A stretch of DNA of 64,000 nt, from the NCBI GenBank assembly GCA_000934665.2, contig JYFJ02001142.1:1-64000 (forward strand), read 5' to 3'. Made by a program: the position numbers and the translations under genes. This document shows positions 1 through 12,600 of this stretch, in pieces (position 1 is the stretch's first letter; every line of letters begins with the position of its first letter). The notes below the pieces were generated by a model that had not been told where the DNA came from, did not search any database, and worked only from the letters and a program-made list of their open reading frames with translations. The DNA comes from Catajapyx aquilonaris (Eukaryota).

Positions 1-944
1 CCCCGAACAAAAATCCTGCGTACGGCCTTGCTCTTGCCCTCTTGGGCAATATGATAAATTTCCTATTTTATTTAAGGCTTTCTTAATTGCACGGTTTCAT
101 GAATGGAGGACAATTTCTGCATAGTGGAGAGAGGGGGGTTCCTGTAATACCGGGTACTGCCGAGATCTGGCAATGAATCACCTCATAAGCGTAAAATGAC
201 GTTACAATTATTCGCATGATCTCATTCGTAAGACTGGCTTGTGAAGTTAAGGACAAAAAAGAAATCTAATATGTAAATTAACATTTTGTCAACTGGTCTA
301 ATCAGAGCGTTAGAAATCATTTGCATTCACGGCAAAAACACTTTGTCCCTAACAATTTACCCGAACAGGTGCATTTTAAGACATGGAGTCCACTAATATT
401 TCACTCAGAGACAATATTTTAATGTCCGAAACATATCTTGTCTAAAGCGACACTTCATCCAAAACATTATGTCTGAAGACACAAAGCCCAGTAGTAGCAC
501 TGAAGCGCACTGAAGGCATAGAACATAGATCATGTTTGTTATGAGTAATGAACACAACAATGGCAATAATAAATCTTCATCCGCAGCCTTTTTTGGTCTA
601 TGCCGGGTATTGGACGAAAATGTCGTTTTGGGAAAAGAAATAGTCATATCATATCGTATTTCAGACAGCTCTCTGGTCATGGGACTATAACTGGTAAGTG
701 CCGTTTGGACAAAATATTGGGAAAGAATATTCATTCCAACCCGAAAAATGTTTTAGGAGAGCCTCGAGCTTGCGGAACCCAAATGATATGGGACTTCTCG
801 GTATGTACTGCAAGTATGATAATCCACTCACATAATTATAATCCGTTCGTATTCCCCGGGCTTGCTCCCCTGCCGGCAGCCCCCTCCACAACTGGACCAG
901 CGTTTCCCCCTGTCGGCCACACCGTCCAACCTCGTCAGTCCAAG

Positions 945-3900
945 ATGGAGGACGTTCTGAGGAAGCTCCTCGTGGCCGACAACGCCGTCATACAGCAGGT
1001 ACCGTGGTACAACTCGCTCATTGTGCACGCCCGTCTCCTCCGATGCACTCGTCTCGCCACGACCTGTTGGCGCCTGCCCGGTTCGATCGGGAAGGAAGGT
1101 CGAGCTTGACCTGATTTCACCCCTTGCAATGTATCCGGTGGAATGCAGAGGGAGGGAGGGGAGGGAGGCTGGGGTGAACAACATTCCACCAGTTGCCACA
1201 TCTTGTTGCACCTTGGACATGGCTAATAAACGATGACCCTTTTGCAGGCAACCCAGGAGCTGCGTGAGGCATTCAAGAACCAGGACTCGATCAAGGCCCT
1301 CTGCGTGGTGCTGGCCACCTGCAACGATGCGCAGATCAGGCAGTATGCCGTGGTCCTGCTCAGGAAGAGGTTCTCCAAGGCTAGACACTGGAACAAGCTC
1401 TCCGCTGAGCTCAGAGCTGGGTTGGTTGCCTTCCAACTGTGCTGCCTTTGGATTACGCTGGCTTTGACTAATCCCCTCTTCCTCACCTGCCAGGATCAAG
1501 CAGGGGACTTTGCAGACCCTGTCTAATGAGCCAGAACGCTTTGTTCGCAACTCCATCTGCCAGTTTGTGGGGACTCTGGCCAAGCACGAGCTCGCCACGG
1601 AATTCGGATGGCCCGAGATGCTCAACTACCTGCAGCAGGCTATCCTTAGCCAGAACCCACCAGAAAGAGAGGTACAATGCCTACCAATAAAATTGCAGTG
1701 CACAGAACAAGTTACTGATGAACAAAATGCAAAACAGTGTTACAGGCAGAATTTTGAAATACCATCAGCTCTTATATGCAGGCAACATGGCACTGAAATT
1801 TAACTCTGGAAAAGAATAACAGCTTCAAAATGCTGTAATCTGTTTTTTTTAAATATCTTTTGGAGGGGCCTAATTGGGAACTTGCCTATTCTTTCAGATG
1901 GGAATGAACATGCTGAGCATAGTGTCTGAAGGTGCTGCGGAGCAGCTTATTCCTCATGTGGTAACTTTTGCCACCTTGTTTGGCAATACTCTGCAGGAGA
2001 CTCAGACAGACACTGCCTACTACACTGTCCTTACCATGCTCAACTTCATTACCTACATTGGAACAGATCATGTGGTAAGTGGTGTCTGCAGCCAGTGTTA
2101 CGATTTGTCTTATGAAAAAAGTACATCATTACATCTGTTTTAAAAAATTAGGCAAATTAATATTTCTAGAAGTACAGTTTGTACTGTACCATTATGTGTT
2201 AGTTTTTAAAATGTTATGAAAATATATCATTTTTCAAAGGCTTGTGTCATCTATTTGATGATCACTTCAGTTTCTTTTTTCCATGCCATTTTCATTTAAA
2301 TAAATGCCAGCGCTATAAAATTAGGTGCTCCATTTGCTCATTTTTTTTCCATAATTTTTCTCCTTCTAGAAAGTGTTCCAGCCCTTAATCCCAATGGTGA
2401 TAAGTGTGATTCGTCACCTGCTGACAACAGATGAGGAGAAAGCAGGACGTGCCATGGAAATATTTGGGGAGCTAGTCGATTCAGAAGTGTCCACCATAGT
2501 TCCCCATCTGCGCCCCACGCTGGAGTTGTGCTTGGAAGTGGCCGGTAGCTCGCAGCTGGGCACTGGAGTGAGGGCCAGGGCCATGGAGTTCTTATGCACC
2601 CTCACCCGTCATAAGAGAAAAGCCGTGGTCAAGCTTGGTGTTGTTGGCACCATATTGGATGTCATCTTTCCAATTATGTGCTCTCCAGTGGATGATGATG
2701 ACCAAGATGGTGATTCACTGATTGGTGCAGGAGACGAGGACTCCTGCACCCCTCATCATTCGGCTGCACAAACTTTGGATATACTTGCCCTCCATCTGCC
2801 ACCAGATAAGCTTATTCCACCACTGGTATGTATAACTTTCTAACAGGATAAAAGCAAGCCTCAGTTTGTAACCTGGTGCCATCTCCTACTCATTTCCACA
2901 GCTGCTGCATGTGGAACCAGCCTTGAAGAGCGAGAACCCATTCGAGCGCAAAGCTGGATACGTCTCTCTTGCTGTTCTGGCTGAAGGGTGTAGCGAGTAC
3001 ATCAGAACACGATATCTTCAGTCCTTCCTCCAGTGTGTGTGCACAGGAATCCGTGATCCCCAACCGTTAGTGCGAAACTCTGCCCTCTTTGCTCTGGGAC
3101 AGTTTGCAGAATTTCTTCAGCCTGAGGCCACTCAGTTTTCTGCTGAGCTACTCCCACTTCTTCTGGAGTATCTTGCCCAACTGTGTGAGCAGGTAGGACT
3201 GGACCCCTTGGTTTACTAACAGCCCAGCAGTAAACCAGTTTAACATGCAATATGTTCTCTGTACACAGGTGGAGCGTGGGAGTGGGAAGGAGCCAGCTAG
3301 TGCCAACCGAATCTTCTATGCATTGGAGATGTTTTGCGAGAACCTGGAAGATGGCCTGCTTCCCTACCTTCCTGCCCTCATGGATAGGCTGTTTGCCATG
3401 CAGGGACCAAAGTACTCTGTGAAAGTTAAGGAACTGACCATGTCGGCCATGGGGGCAGCAGCTGACGCAGTCAAGGAAGCCATCATGCCCTATTTTCCAA
3501 GGATTATGGAGCAGCTCAAGGTTTACCTCACCCAGCCACAGGAGGAGGAGACCATGTGCCTTCAAGTGCAGGCTTTGGGTTAGAGAAATTCCAGAATTAT
3601 CCAGATGACTTCACATGACCTATACTGGAAGTCGACTTAGGACTGGTTTTATGGGTGCAGATTGGAAGGATCATTCTGGATGCTGTATTGTGAATAGCTG
3701 TACATCACGGGTGATTCTTTCATCAGTTGCTTTCATATAACCAGCCCTTAGTGACTGCCAGTTTTAAATGCTTTTAAGGTGTTTTCTACAAGTCTTCTCT
3801 CTATTCTGCAGACACGCTTGGTGTCCTGGCACGCTCAGTGGGTCAGGGCAACTTTGCTCCTCTGGCTGCAGAGTGCATAGTCCTAGGCCTTAATCTTATT

Positions 3901-6211
3901 GACAACAAGGACGACCCAGACTTGCGCAAGAGTGCATATGGGCTGTTTGCCTCGGTGGCCACAGTCCTGCAAGAAGAGATGGCTCCATTCCTACCCCGTA
4001 TCGTGACTGTGGTTATGGCGGCAGTGAAGAGTACTGATGGGGTTGTGCTGCATTACAAGGATGAAGATGATGAGGGTGCTGCTGGCTTTTCCCTGACGGA
4101 TGACCTGAGTGACGAGGAAGAAGAGGACATTCTCGAGTCTGAAAACGGAGATGAAGACGATGACGAGGATGTGACTGGGTTTAGTGTTGAGAACGCATAT
4201 GTACTGGAGAAAGAAGAGGCGTGCCTGGTTCTGAAGGAGTTGGCCTCTCATTCTGGACCTGCCTTCTGGCAATACCTTCCTGAATGTTTCCAGGTATATT
4301 GGAAGTGCAGAACAATCTGTTGTGAGTAAAGCATTGCACTAATGACGTCATTCTTGCAGGAGCTATTGAAGCTGGTGAGTTATCCTCAGGAGGATATCCG
4401 GAAATCCTCCATTGAAGCCCTGGCACAGGTGCTGGTGAGCACCCATCAAGTTGGGACACCTGAAGCTCTGGGAATGCTAGGCACACAGCTGACCATATTT
4501 GTACCCAAGATGGCTGAGGTAGTGCACGTTGACGAGGAGAGGCCTGTGGTCATGGCTGCACTTGACGCTTATGCAGAGGTGCTCAAGGGTGCTGGTAGGA
4601 TGGTGTTGCATGGAGAGGGGCACCTTCCCGCCATTATCAACTGTGTTAAGGATGTCATGAGGAACAAGGTGGGTTTTCTGAAGAACCACCTTGGTTGGGT
4701 GCAACTAGATAAGGACTCTTATCATGTCATGGTTCACATGAAGGCACCATTTACAGTAACTTGATATGCGAATATTAAATCTTAAGTTGTGTTACGTAGA
4801 ACTAATATTCTAGGTAACGCAATTTCTGTACCTTTTGAAATTGTTTGATTTGTGGTTTTTGCAGACTGAGTGCCAGGATTTGGCTGAAGATCAGGATGGT
4901 GATTTGGATGAGGAGCAGGCTGAGCATGACGAGATGCTAATGCAGTATGCGGGCGAGATTGTGCCACATTTGGGAAAGGCCATGGGGACGGAGCAGTTTG
5001 CACCGTGCTTCTCAGAATTGCTGCCTATATTTGTGGCCAAGACGGTCAGTCTTGCTCTTGATACCTCTGGTCAACTCATTCTTGTGTGCTTGAGAATACT
5101 GAATTTTTTTCACTCCTTTAAAACAGAAAAAGCAGTGCTCCACGTCTGACAAGTCTTTCAGCGTGGGAGCCCTTGCGGAGTCTCTGGAACCATTGGGCCC
5201 TGCGATTGCCAATTTTACCGACAGGCTTCTGCCGGTCTTCTACAATGCCATCAAGGATGAAGATGTGGATGTCCGAAACAATGGTGTCTATGGTATTGGA
5301 GAGCTAGTCTTTCATGGGAAGGAGGCAATCTACTCGTATCCTTTGACCCATGCAAAAACATTATTGAGGTTGCCCCTATTCCTAGTATTGGTGAGCATCA
5401 CAAGCAGCTCACCAGTCACATTGTTATAGCTGTTGTGAGAGTCTATGGATTTTTAGCACTTCCCAACCCTTCTTACCTTGACATAGATAACTGGAATGAT
5501 GCAATCCTTAACTGATGTGCTAAAAGAGAGTACAGCAACATCCTGCAGATCTTGTCCAAGTGCCTCCATAAGGAGAAGTCACCCCGAGTGATGGACAATA
5601 TCTGTGGGGCTGTAGCTAAGGTACTTCTGAGCAACTCAGCGCTGGTCCCTGTGGATCAGGTGCTTCCTGTTCTCCTGCAAAACATGCCCTTGAAGGAGGA
5701 CTTTGAAGAGAACAAGCCCGTGTTCTTCTGCCTGTCCTACCTGTATGAGCTGGGACACCCCACACTTAGAGAGCACCTCAAGGATGTCCTCGGTGCTGCC
5801 GCCGTTGCTCTTACTAAGCAGAAGCCTGTCGATGGTGAGTTATGTACACATTGCAGCAGAATTGCAAGTTCCTACAAGCCAGGTTAATCAGGCAGTGACT
5901 GTTGTAAGCTGATAAGGCCACCTGGGATATGTGGTTGGAAAATTCCCCATGCTGACATCACAGACCTGAATGGAATAACCCTCATTTGACTCAGTGCTTT
6001 GACCGTTTACCAATGAGGGATGCTGGGTTGGGAGAAGGAGGGTACAGTACATGTAAACTTGTGGTCATGGGTATTCCTTTCCATTTCAGAAACTCTGAAG
6101 ATGATTGAGGGTCTGCTGAAGAACTCAGCCAAAGACTTTCCAGAGGAGTTCCAAAACTTTTTGAATGGCCTCCCGGCAGAGATGGTGGATAAAGTCAAGC
6201 AACTTCTGTGA
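945..6211 (+). CDS. IPO4: Importin-4 (karyopherin-beta family, HEAT repeats), 13 coding exons
   Basis: The exons join in frame: 945-998, 1248-1420, 1494-1671, 1898-2074, 2370-2825, 2902-3192, 3269-3578, 3812-4293, 4360-4668, 4865-5044, 5127-5335, 5527-5834, 6090-6211 (TGA). The N-terminus is MEDVLRKLLVADNAVIQQATQELR...QIRQYAVVLLRKR. Importin-4-type motifs include AAQTLDILALHLPPDKL, LAVLAEGCSEYIR, VRNSALFALGQFAEFLQP, RIFYALEMFCENL, DDPDLRKSAYGLF, an acidic loop before ENAYVLEKEEAC, and DNICGAVA...PLKEDFEE. Confidence 0.93.
5336..5526 (+). other. U12-type (minor spliceosome) GT-AG intron, intron 11 of importin-4
   Basis: The 5' splice site is GTATCCTTT at 5336. The branch site TCCTTAAC lies at 5505-5512, 14 nt before the end of the AG at 5525-5526, with no polypyrimidine tract. 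Splicing restores the frame (TC|A GAG TAC AGC AAC ATC CTG). Confidence 0.9.
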
Positions 6212-6637
6212 GATTTTCCTATCGTGATGTGCACAGTGTCCCAGTTCCCATTCACATATTGTTGGCTTCACCCTGGGTGGTGCCTTAAAGCCCAAGTTGA
6301 TTTTTCTTTTGTTTTGTACTGGCATGCTATGATCGCCACCTGATAATTGCTTGCAAGAAGTAATGGTATTATTGTGGCGCTGCTGTGTAGCGAGAGGACA
6401 AGTAAAGGATTCCATTGTCATAGAAGCCTTCATCTTTTCTTTGAGGTACTGTTATCATCAATGGCTCATACCAGGCTGTTGAGTAACTCCATCCTTGTAT
6501 TGTTACAAAATATGAGTGTTACAAAAATAATGGTTGTCAGCAGTGTCAACACAAGCTAACTCGTCCTTTGACTTCTGAGTGGCAGGAACACTCACTTTTG
6601 TATCGGTCCTGGCTGTGTCCTTAGTTGCCGCACATTT

Positions 6638-9600
6638 TCACTGCACTGCCACTCCGTTGATGGTAACCATCGCAGGTCGTCCACCTCCTCCCGCACCCCC
6701 ATTCCCATGATGCCCCCTCCCACCACCACCACCAGCCTTCCCATTGGGTCCCCCTCCTCCAGTCCCATTGGGATGACGACTGTAAGGGTAGGCACCTCCC
6801 TCATTTTCGTACAGGTCCTCATTTACACTATCATATATGTGGTTGTAGTTGTCGTTGAGGGAAGCGTAAGACATCACCTCTGCAGTCTCATTCTCTTTCT
6901 TCGCCATTCCCTCCACGTTCTCTGTGTTTTTTACTGGTGTTGCCTTCCTCCTGCAAACATCAATGGAAAGAATTTAACTGTTAACTGTGCTCTAAGGCAA
7001 GTTTCACTTCATTTACACAAGTATACTCACATGCGCATACAAACGACAGCCATGACAAGGATGACAACCAAGACGCTTCCAAGCCCAACTCCTATCCAGA
7101 TGCCCAATCCTGATTCAGTCAGTTCTGCTCCTTGACTCTCAGACAGTCCATTATCGTCACCCAGACCATTGGGATCATCTGTTGTACAAATTAAAAGAGC
7201 ACAATTAGGTCAATCACAAATTGACATATCTTCCATATTTTCCTCGACGGGCCTGTTGTGAGATGTTATTAGTCCTGTGTGAATCACATGCATCAACCAC
7301 ATGTTCTAGATTTACCATTGCCTGCACAAACACTTAGCAGATGCTCAGTTGTGGCACAATTTTTAAATTCATCACAACATAATGATGTTCAGATCTTATC
7401 AGCTGATTTGCTTTCAGGTGTCGTAGAAAACCTTAGGCATATGAAATTTCACCTGCAGCGCTGAGCCAAAATTGTGTGTGAAACTTACTTCTACAACCAG
7501 ATAATGGCCATAATTATCCCCAACACTATGCATCATGCAAGAAGTTTTACAAGCACAGTACTAGCCCAGTAGGCATATGAGGTGATAAAGCCTGCACATA
7601 CCTTCGCATATTGGCTGAGTCCCAGACCACCTTCCATCTTCAGTGCACTTCCTCAGGAATGGGCCAACTCTCCTGTGCCCTGGTGAGCAGTGGTACTCGG
7701 CCACACTGTTATATGCTGTTGTCCTGTTCACCACAAACACCCTTCCATTTACTACAGGCTCTGGCTCACCACAGTCAACCCAAGCACACAGTGGCGCTGT
7801 TCCTTCCCAAAGCCCACCCTTCAAGCACTCCCTCTTGGCATCCCCTCCCTCCATCCGCCTTCCCTTCCCACATCTGTATCTTGCCGCAGACCCAACTGCC
7901 AGACTGTTGTCCACTTCAACCTCTGCGCCTTCAGACTTGTCAGGCATTGGGCATCGAATCTCCACACACAGAGGGGAAGCGGAGCTCCAGGTGCCATTCT
8001 CAAGGCAGAGACGTCGCCCATGGCCTTGCAGACGGAAGCGGTCTTCACACTCGTACAGGACGATGGCCCCAAAGTGGGTTGCATTTGAGGTCAGTTGGAA
8101 GAACCCATGTGACACATAGTCTGGGATGCCACAGTCAACAACTGGAGGAAAATGTCAGCAGTCGAGTTAATTCTATTAATCACTGGTCTGATTTTGACAT
8201 AAATTGCTACGTATTTAAAACCTTGTAAAATTAATAGTAGTTCTGACTTGCCACTCTGTAGCAATATTTCTCTCCATTAATGATCTACAGAACATCCAAC
8301 AAGACTTACACACACATGCTGGTGGAGCTCCACTCCACAGCCCTGAATCTTCACAAGTACGCAATGGCTCCCCAACCACCTTGTAACCTCTCTCACACCT
8401 GTACTTGACGAGTGAGCCAATCCTGTAGGTGGAAGCTGATCTGCTTGCATCCAAATGGACAGCTCCAGAGAAAAGGGTCCTTGCTGAGTTGCGGTCATTA
8501 CCAGTCACACTGAGGACGCTGTTTGCTGGACGCTCTGGTTCACGGCATCTCACCTCTAGGTGGCAAAGGAGAATAAATGTAATCCGAATTTATCAAGATG
8601 CACTGGCTCAAGTTACAAGTGGTTGTATAGCAAATGCACTGCATTTCCCACATAAATTGGATATGAACCCTTGGACATCCAGCATAGCTGGCCAGTGGCA
8701 CAACCACATGACCACGTTGCCCCCAGAAGTGAAGCAGTATTTACACAGTTAGTCTCAACTTCAGGGCAGATCTTACCCCTGCAAACTGGTGTCTCTCCAC
8801 TCCACTTCCCATCCTCCTGGCACTCCCTCTCCGCACTGCCCTCTAGCTGATAGTTGTGGCTGCAGTTGTACACGAGACGGCTGCCAACAGACGTGCCTCC
8901 GTCCACATACTGCACCCCGCCATACAGCAAAGTTGCCACTCGCCCACAATCCACATCTGAAAAATGTTCGTTTTAGCCATTAACTTACTTTACTTTGTAT
9001 AATGTTGATTATTTATAAACAGAACCTAAAACTGCCTTCAGATGCAAAAAAGACCGTAACTCAAAAACTGGTAAGGGTGAAAGTCGCATGCATGCCCTGC
9101 ACTAATCCCCCCTGACTCAGAGGGGATTAGTGCAGGACATGCTTGAGACTTTCACCCTTACTCGTTTTTGAGTTACGGTCTTCTTGCATCTGAAGGCAGA
9201 AAAGTTAGCAGAGGACCAAATACAGGGTGATCCAAAATACTTGCTTAAGTGCTATTTTTTTTGGTAGGCCTACCAAAAGAAATGTATAAGTTCCACAGTA
9301 TAATTATTACTTCAAACCTAATCATTATATAGTAGTTTACGAAAAGGAAGTGTTATGATGTGTGAAATGTTACATGTTGGACTCACATATGCAGGAGGGT
9401 GACTCCCCGCTCCATTTTCCATCTCCCCCGCAGGTTCGTGCTGCCTCTCCTTTCATCAGATGGCCATCTTCACAATGATATTCAATCACTGAGTGGACGC
9501 TCAAGTCATAACCAGTTACGTAGCTCCCTGGCAGGACTTCTGGCTCATCACAGTAAATTACTGGCAACAAAAAGAAAATGTAATCAGTCACATGGTTTAA

Positions 9601-12600
9601 AAAGAACCTAGGTAATGACATCTGTCAAAAATTATCTACATTTCTCCTCAGGGGATGCCCAATCAATTATTCTGCAGCTTCCTACTGTCACATGTCACAT
9701 TACTCAATCCCTGAGGGAGTGACACCAAACTATTGAGAGACTACTCACATTGGCATACAGGCTGATCCCCAGTCCAGCTCCCATCCTTATCACATGTCCT
9801 TAGCTGTGGACCAGACAGCCAGTGGTCCCTCTGGCAAGAAAACTCGGCCCAACTCCCATAGGAGGTGGTCAGATTGAGAAGGGAAGCAGACCCATTGATG
9901 GGTGTACGGGGCACACCACAATCCACAAACTGACATGTGGGTGCATCAGATGACCACTTCCCTCCCAGCTCACAAGATATGGCTGCCTCGCCTGTGAGCA
10001 CATAACCAGGGTTGCACGTGTACTGTGTGGTGTCACCTGCATGCTGTCCTGAAGTCTGCAGGGCACCATTTGATACCGATCCAGGAGGCCCACACCAATT
10101 GTCTGTAAAACAGTTTTTTACAGGGTGGCATTCTGAGAGTTGTAGCTTCCATCCAGGTAATACTCACGGAGGCAGCGAGGCTCTTCCCCTTCCCAAGTTC
10201 CATCCTCCTGGCACCTTCTCCTTGAGGGGCCCTGCAGTGTGTAGTTGTGTCTGCAGGTGAACTCCACCACACTCCCGTATGTTGTGCTTCCACCCTTAAG
10301 CACATGTGACCCGTCCTGCACCTCTTCAATCCCCCCGCAATCAACAAACTTGCAGAAGGGTGCTCTGCCACTCCAATGCCCGTCATCCTGACATCTCCTC
10401 TGCTGGTCACCCACCAGCACATGGCCTTGTGGGCATGTGTAGGATATGTTGGTACCAATAGTGTGCCCTGAATCAGTGGCACCCGCTGGTGGGAATAAGA
10501 TTGATGTGTTGGCGTGTTTGTCTGGGCTACCACATGACCCTGGAGATGACCTGCAGCAACAGAAATTGTGTTAATGATTTTGTTCATTTTATAACATTAC
10601 ATTAACATTTCCATCAGTTGATTGAAATCCATTTACATTTCGTAATAAAGGTTACAAAAATCCTAAAGGCAGTTTTATATACATTTTAAATAATTTTGTA
10701 TACATACAGATCCAGGTAATGACACTAGTCACGTTACACTAACATAGATTTGTGTAATTTTCCATTTGAGGTGTGTCATGTCAATTTGTATGTTTTCAAT
10801 TTTTGTAATTTTGGATAAAGGATTCTCTACCTGTATAAAAGTAATGGATCAAGATTCATGTCCAACCTGCATATCCAAGGGAGGTAGTCAAGATGACAGC
10901 CAACATCATTCCAGAGCCAGTCCCTTCCACCGTCCAAGACCACACAGTTCTGCTCCCCATTGTAGTTGTTGGGCTGGTCACGACCCCAGGCAGGACGGCC
11001 CACTGGAGTCCCATCGAGCCAGCGCCATGTGCCAGTCCCACCTGAACCTGCTTCCCTTCTGGCGCCAATCCATATCAACTTGGCTTTGAGGCTCTCCTGG
11101 CGCCGATCCAGCTGAGACACTATGAATCCACGGACGGCCTCAGTCAGGCCCCACACCACATCCGCTCCTGGGCCACCCCTGCCACGGCACCATTCACGGG
11201 CACCCTCCAGAGCCTTGCCTTCACCTGTGTGGAACTCAAAGCAGGTGCCATTGAATACGGCAGTCTCCTCAGGATTTCCACCATGCCTGCATCTGGATGG
11301 GGATAGCTCTGAAAAATATTACAGTGTTATTATCACCTGATACTAAACTGGTAATAATTTAAAGTAAGTAACAAGACCTGCCTTCTGAGCTGAGGACCTC
11401 CACTTCGCAAAGGGAGAGGGAGCCTTCAGAACCAACCATCTGCACACTGACATACTGGCCAACCAGGGCTCGCTTGCACTCAAACACTTTGGTCAGCCCG
11501 TAATCTGTGTGATATAAATTGTACTTTAGTGTGTCGTAACCCACCTTGCCGGCCACTCATTATGAAGCAGAGCATCAAAAAACATGACCCACTTCTTTGA
11601 TTCAAAGTCCTCCCCACCCCCCACAATGACCATAAACCCTGACAATGCATGACAAGCAGAGCAGCTTAACCCCATTCCCAGTAGCACATGTAACATACCG
11701 ATAGTGTCTGGATACCAAGCACACAGAGGATTCCTCTGCAACACAGTGCTGTTGCCCACCCGGATCTCAATCTCTTGTAGAGGCGGGTGACCTGCAGAAC
11801 ATGAAAATTGTAATACCTCCAGTTGAAACCTAAGGTGCAAAAAGTAGGCGACATACCGCAGCAGGCTCTTGTGTGGATTCGGACTCCTCTAACTGCATAG
11901 GGCCTAAGAAGGTCCACCTGCCACCAAGGGGCCACCTCCTTCTGGGTCTCTGAACATCGGTGGCCATCATGCACTGTCGTTGCATCACCATCATTGGCAC
12001 TTGTTGCTGCACCACCTCTTGCTGTCGTGGACTGGTTGGATGGCTTCCTCTGAGCAATGTTGGTTGCTGCACATCCCACAAATATTATATCATTATGATT
12101 ACACTGTACAGTATACAAGCCTGTTGTTCCAGCAGAAATGTGCAACGATAAAGAGTACAATTATCGCAGGTATGAATTAACTCGTGTTTTTCGTAGCTGG
12201 TATAGGCATAACAATGGGACAAACAATTCTGTATCGGACGAAGAATGTGGTATAAGTTTAGTGCTTCAATTAGTACCATGTAACAATCTCCTAAGAAGAA
12301 TTTCAGCCCTCAGGTTACTAGGTATTTCCTCGACTATTATATCTCGCGAAAATGGATCGGAAAACGGGATTGCTTGACCCCGGAGTTCCATACAGGTATG
12401 GCGCCTTGCGACATTCTTCCTGCGGACGTAAGCTACATATACGGCGATAAAACACTGCCCACAAGAACATTACAGTCATCACACCAGCCTAAGATGAGGA
12501 AACCCTGCAGATGCAGCTAAATTCTTTGCGTCTGTCATCAATAGATGGAAAATACGAAACAATGCTTCCGTCAACCGAAACAGACAGACAGGTTTCCTTC

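Noticed and set aside
600..944. 115-codon in-frame extension upstream of the importin-4 ATG (ORF 600..1109)
   Set aside because: It has no importin-like character. The ATG at 945 (CAAGATGG context) gives the expected N-terminus.
3599..3745. Two stem-loops in importin-4 intron 7, a possible intronic snoRNA
   Set aside because: I could not identify an H box (ANANNA) or ACA tail, nor proper C/D boxes. An Rfam or snoReport search would be needed.
7611..8228. Long + strand ORFs opposite Sushi exons (similar cases at 828..1625, 3002..3565 and 42619..43020)
   Set aside because: These are antisense shadows of GC-rich coding exons with no independent protein features.
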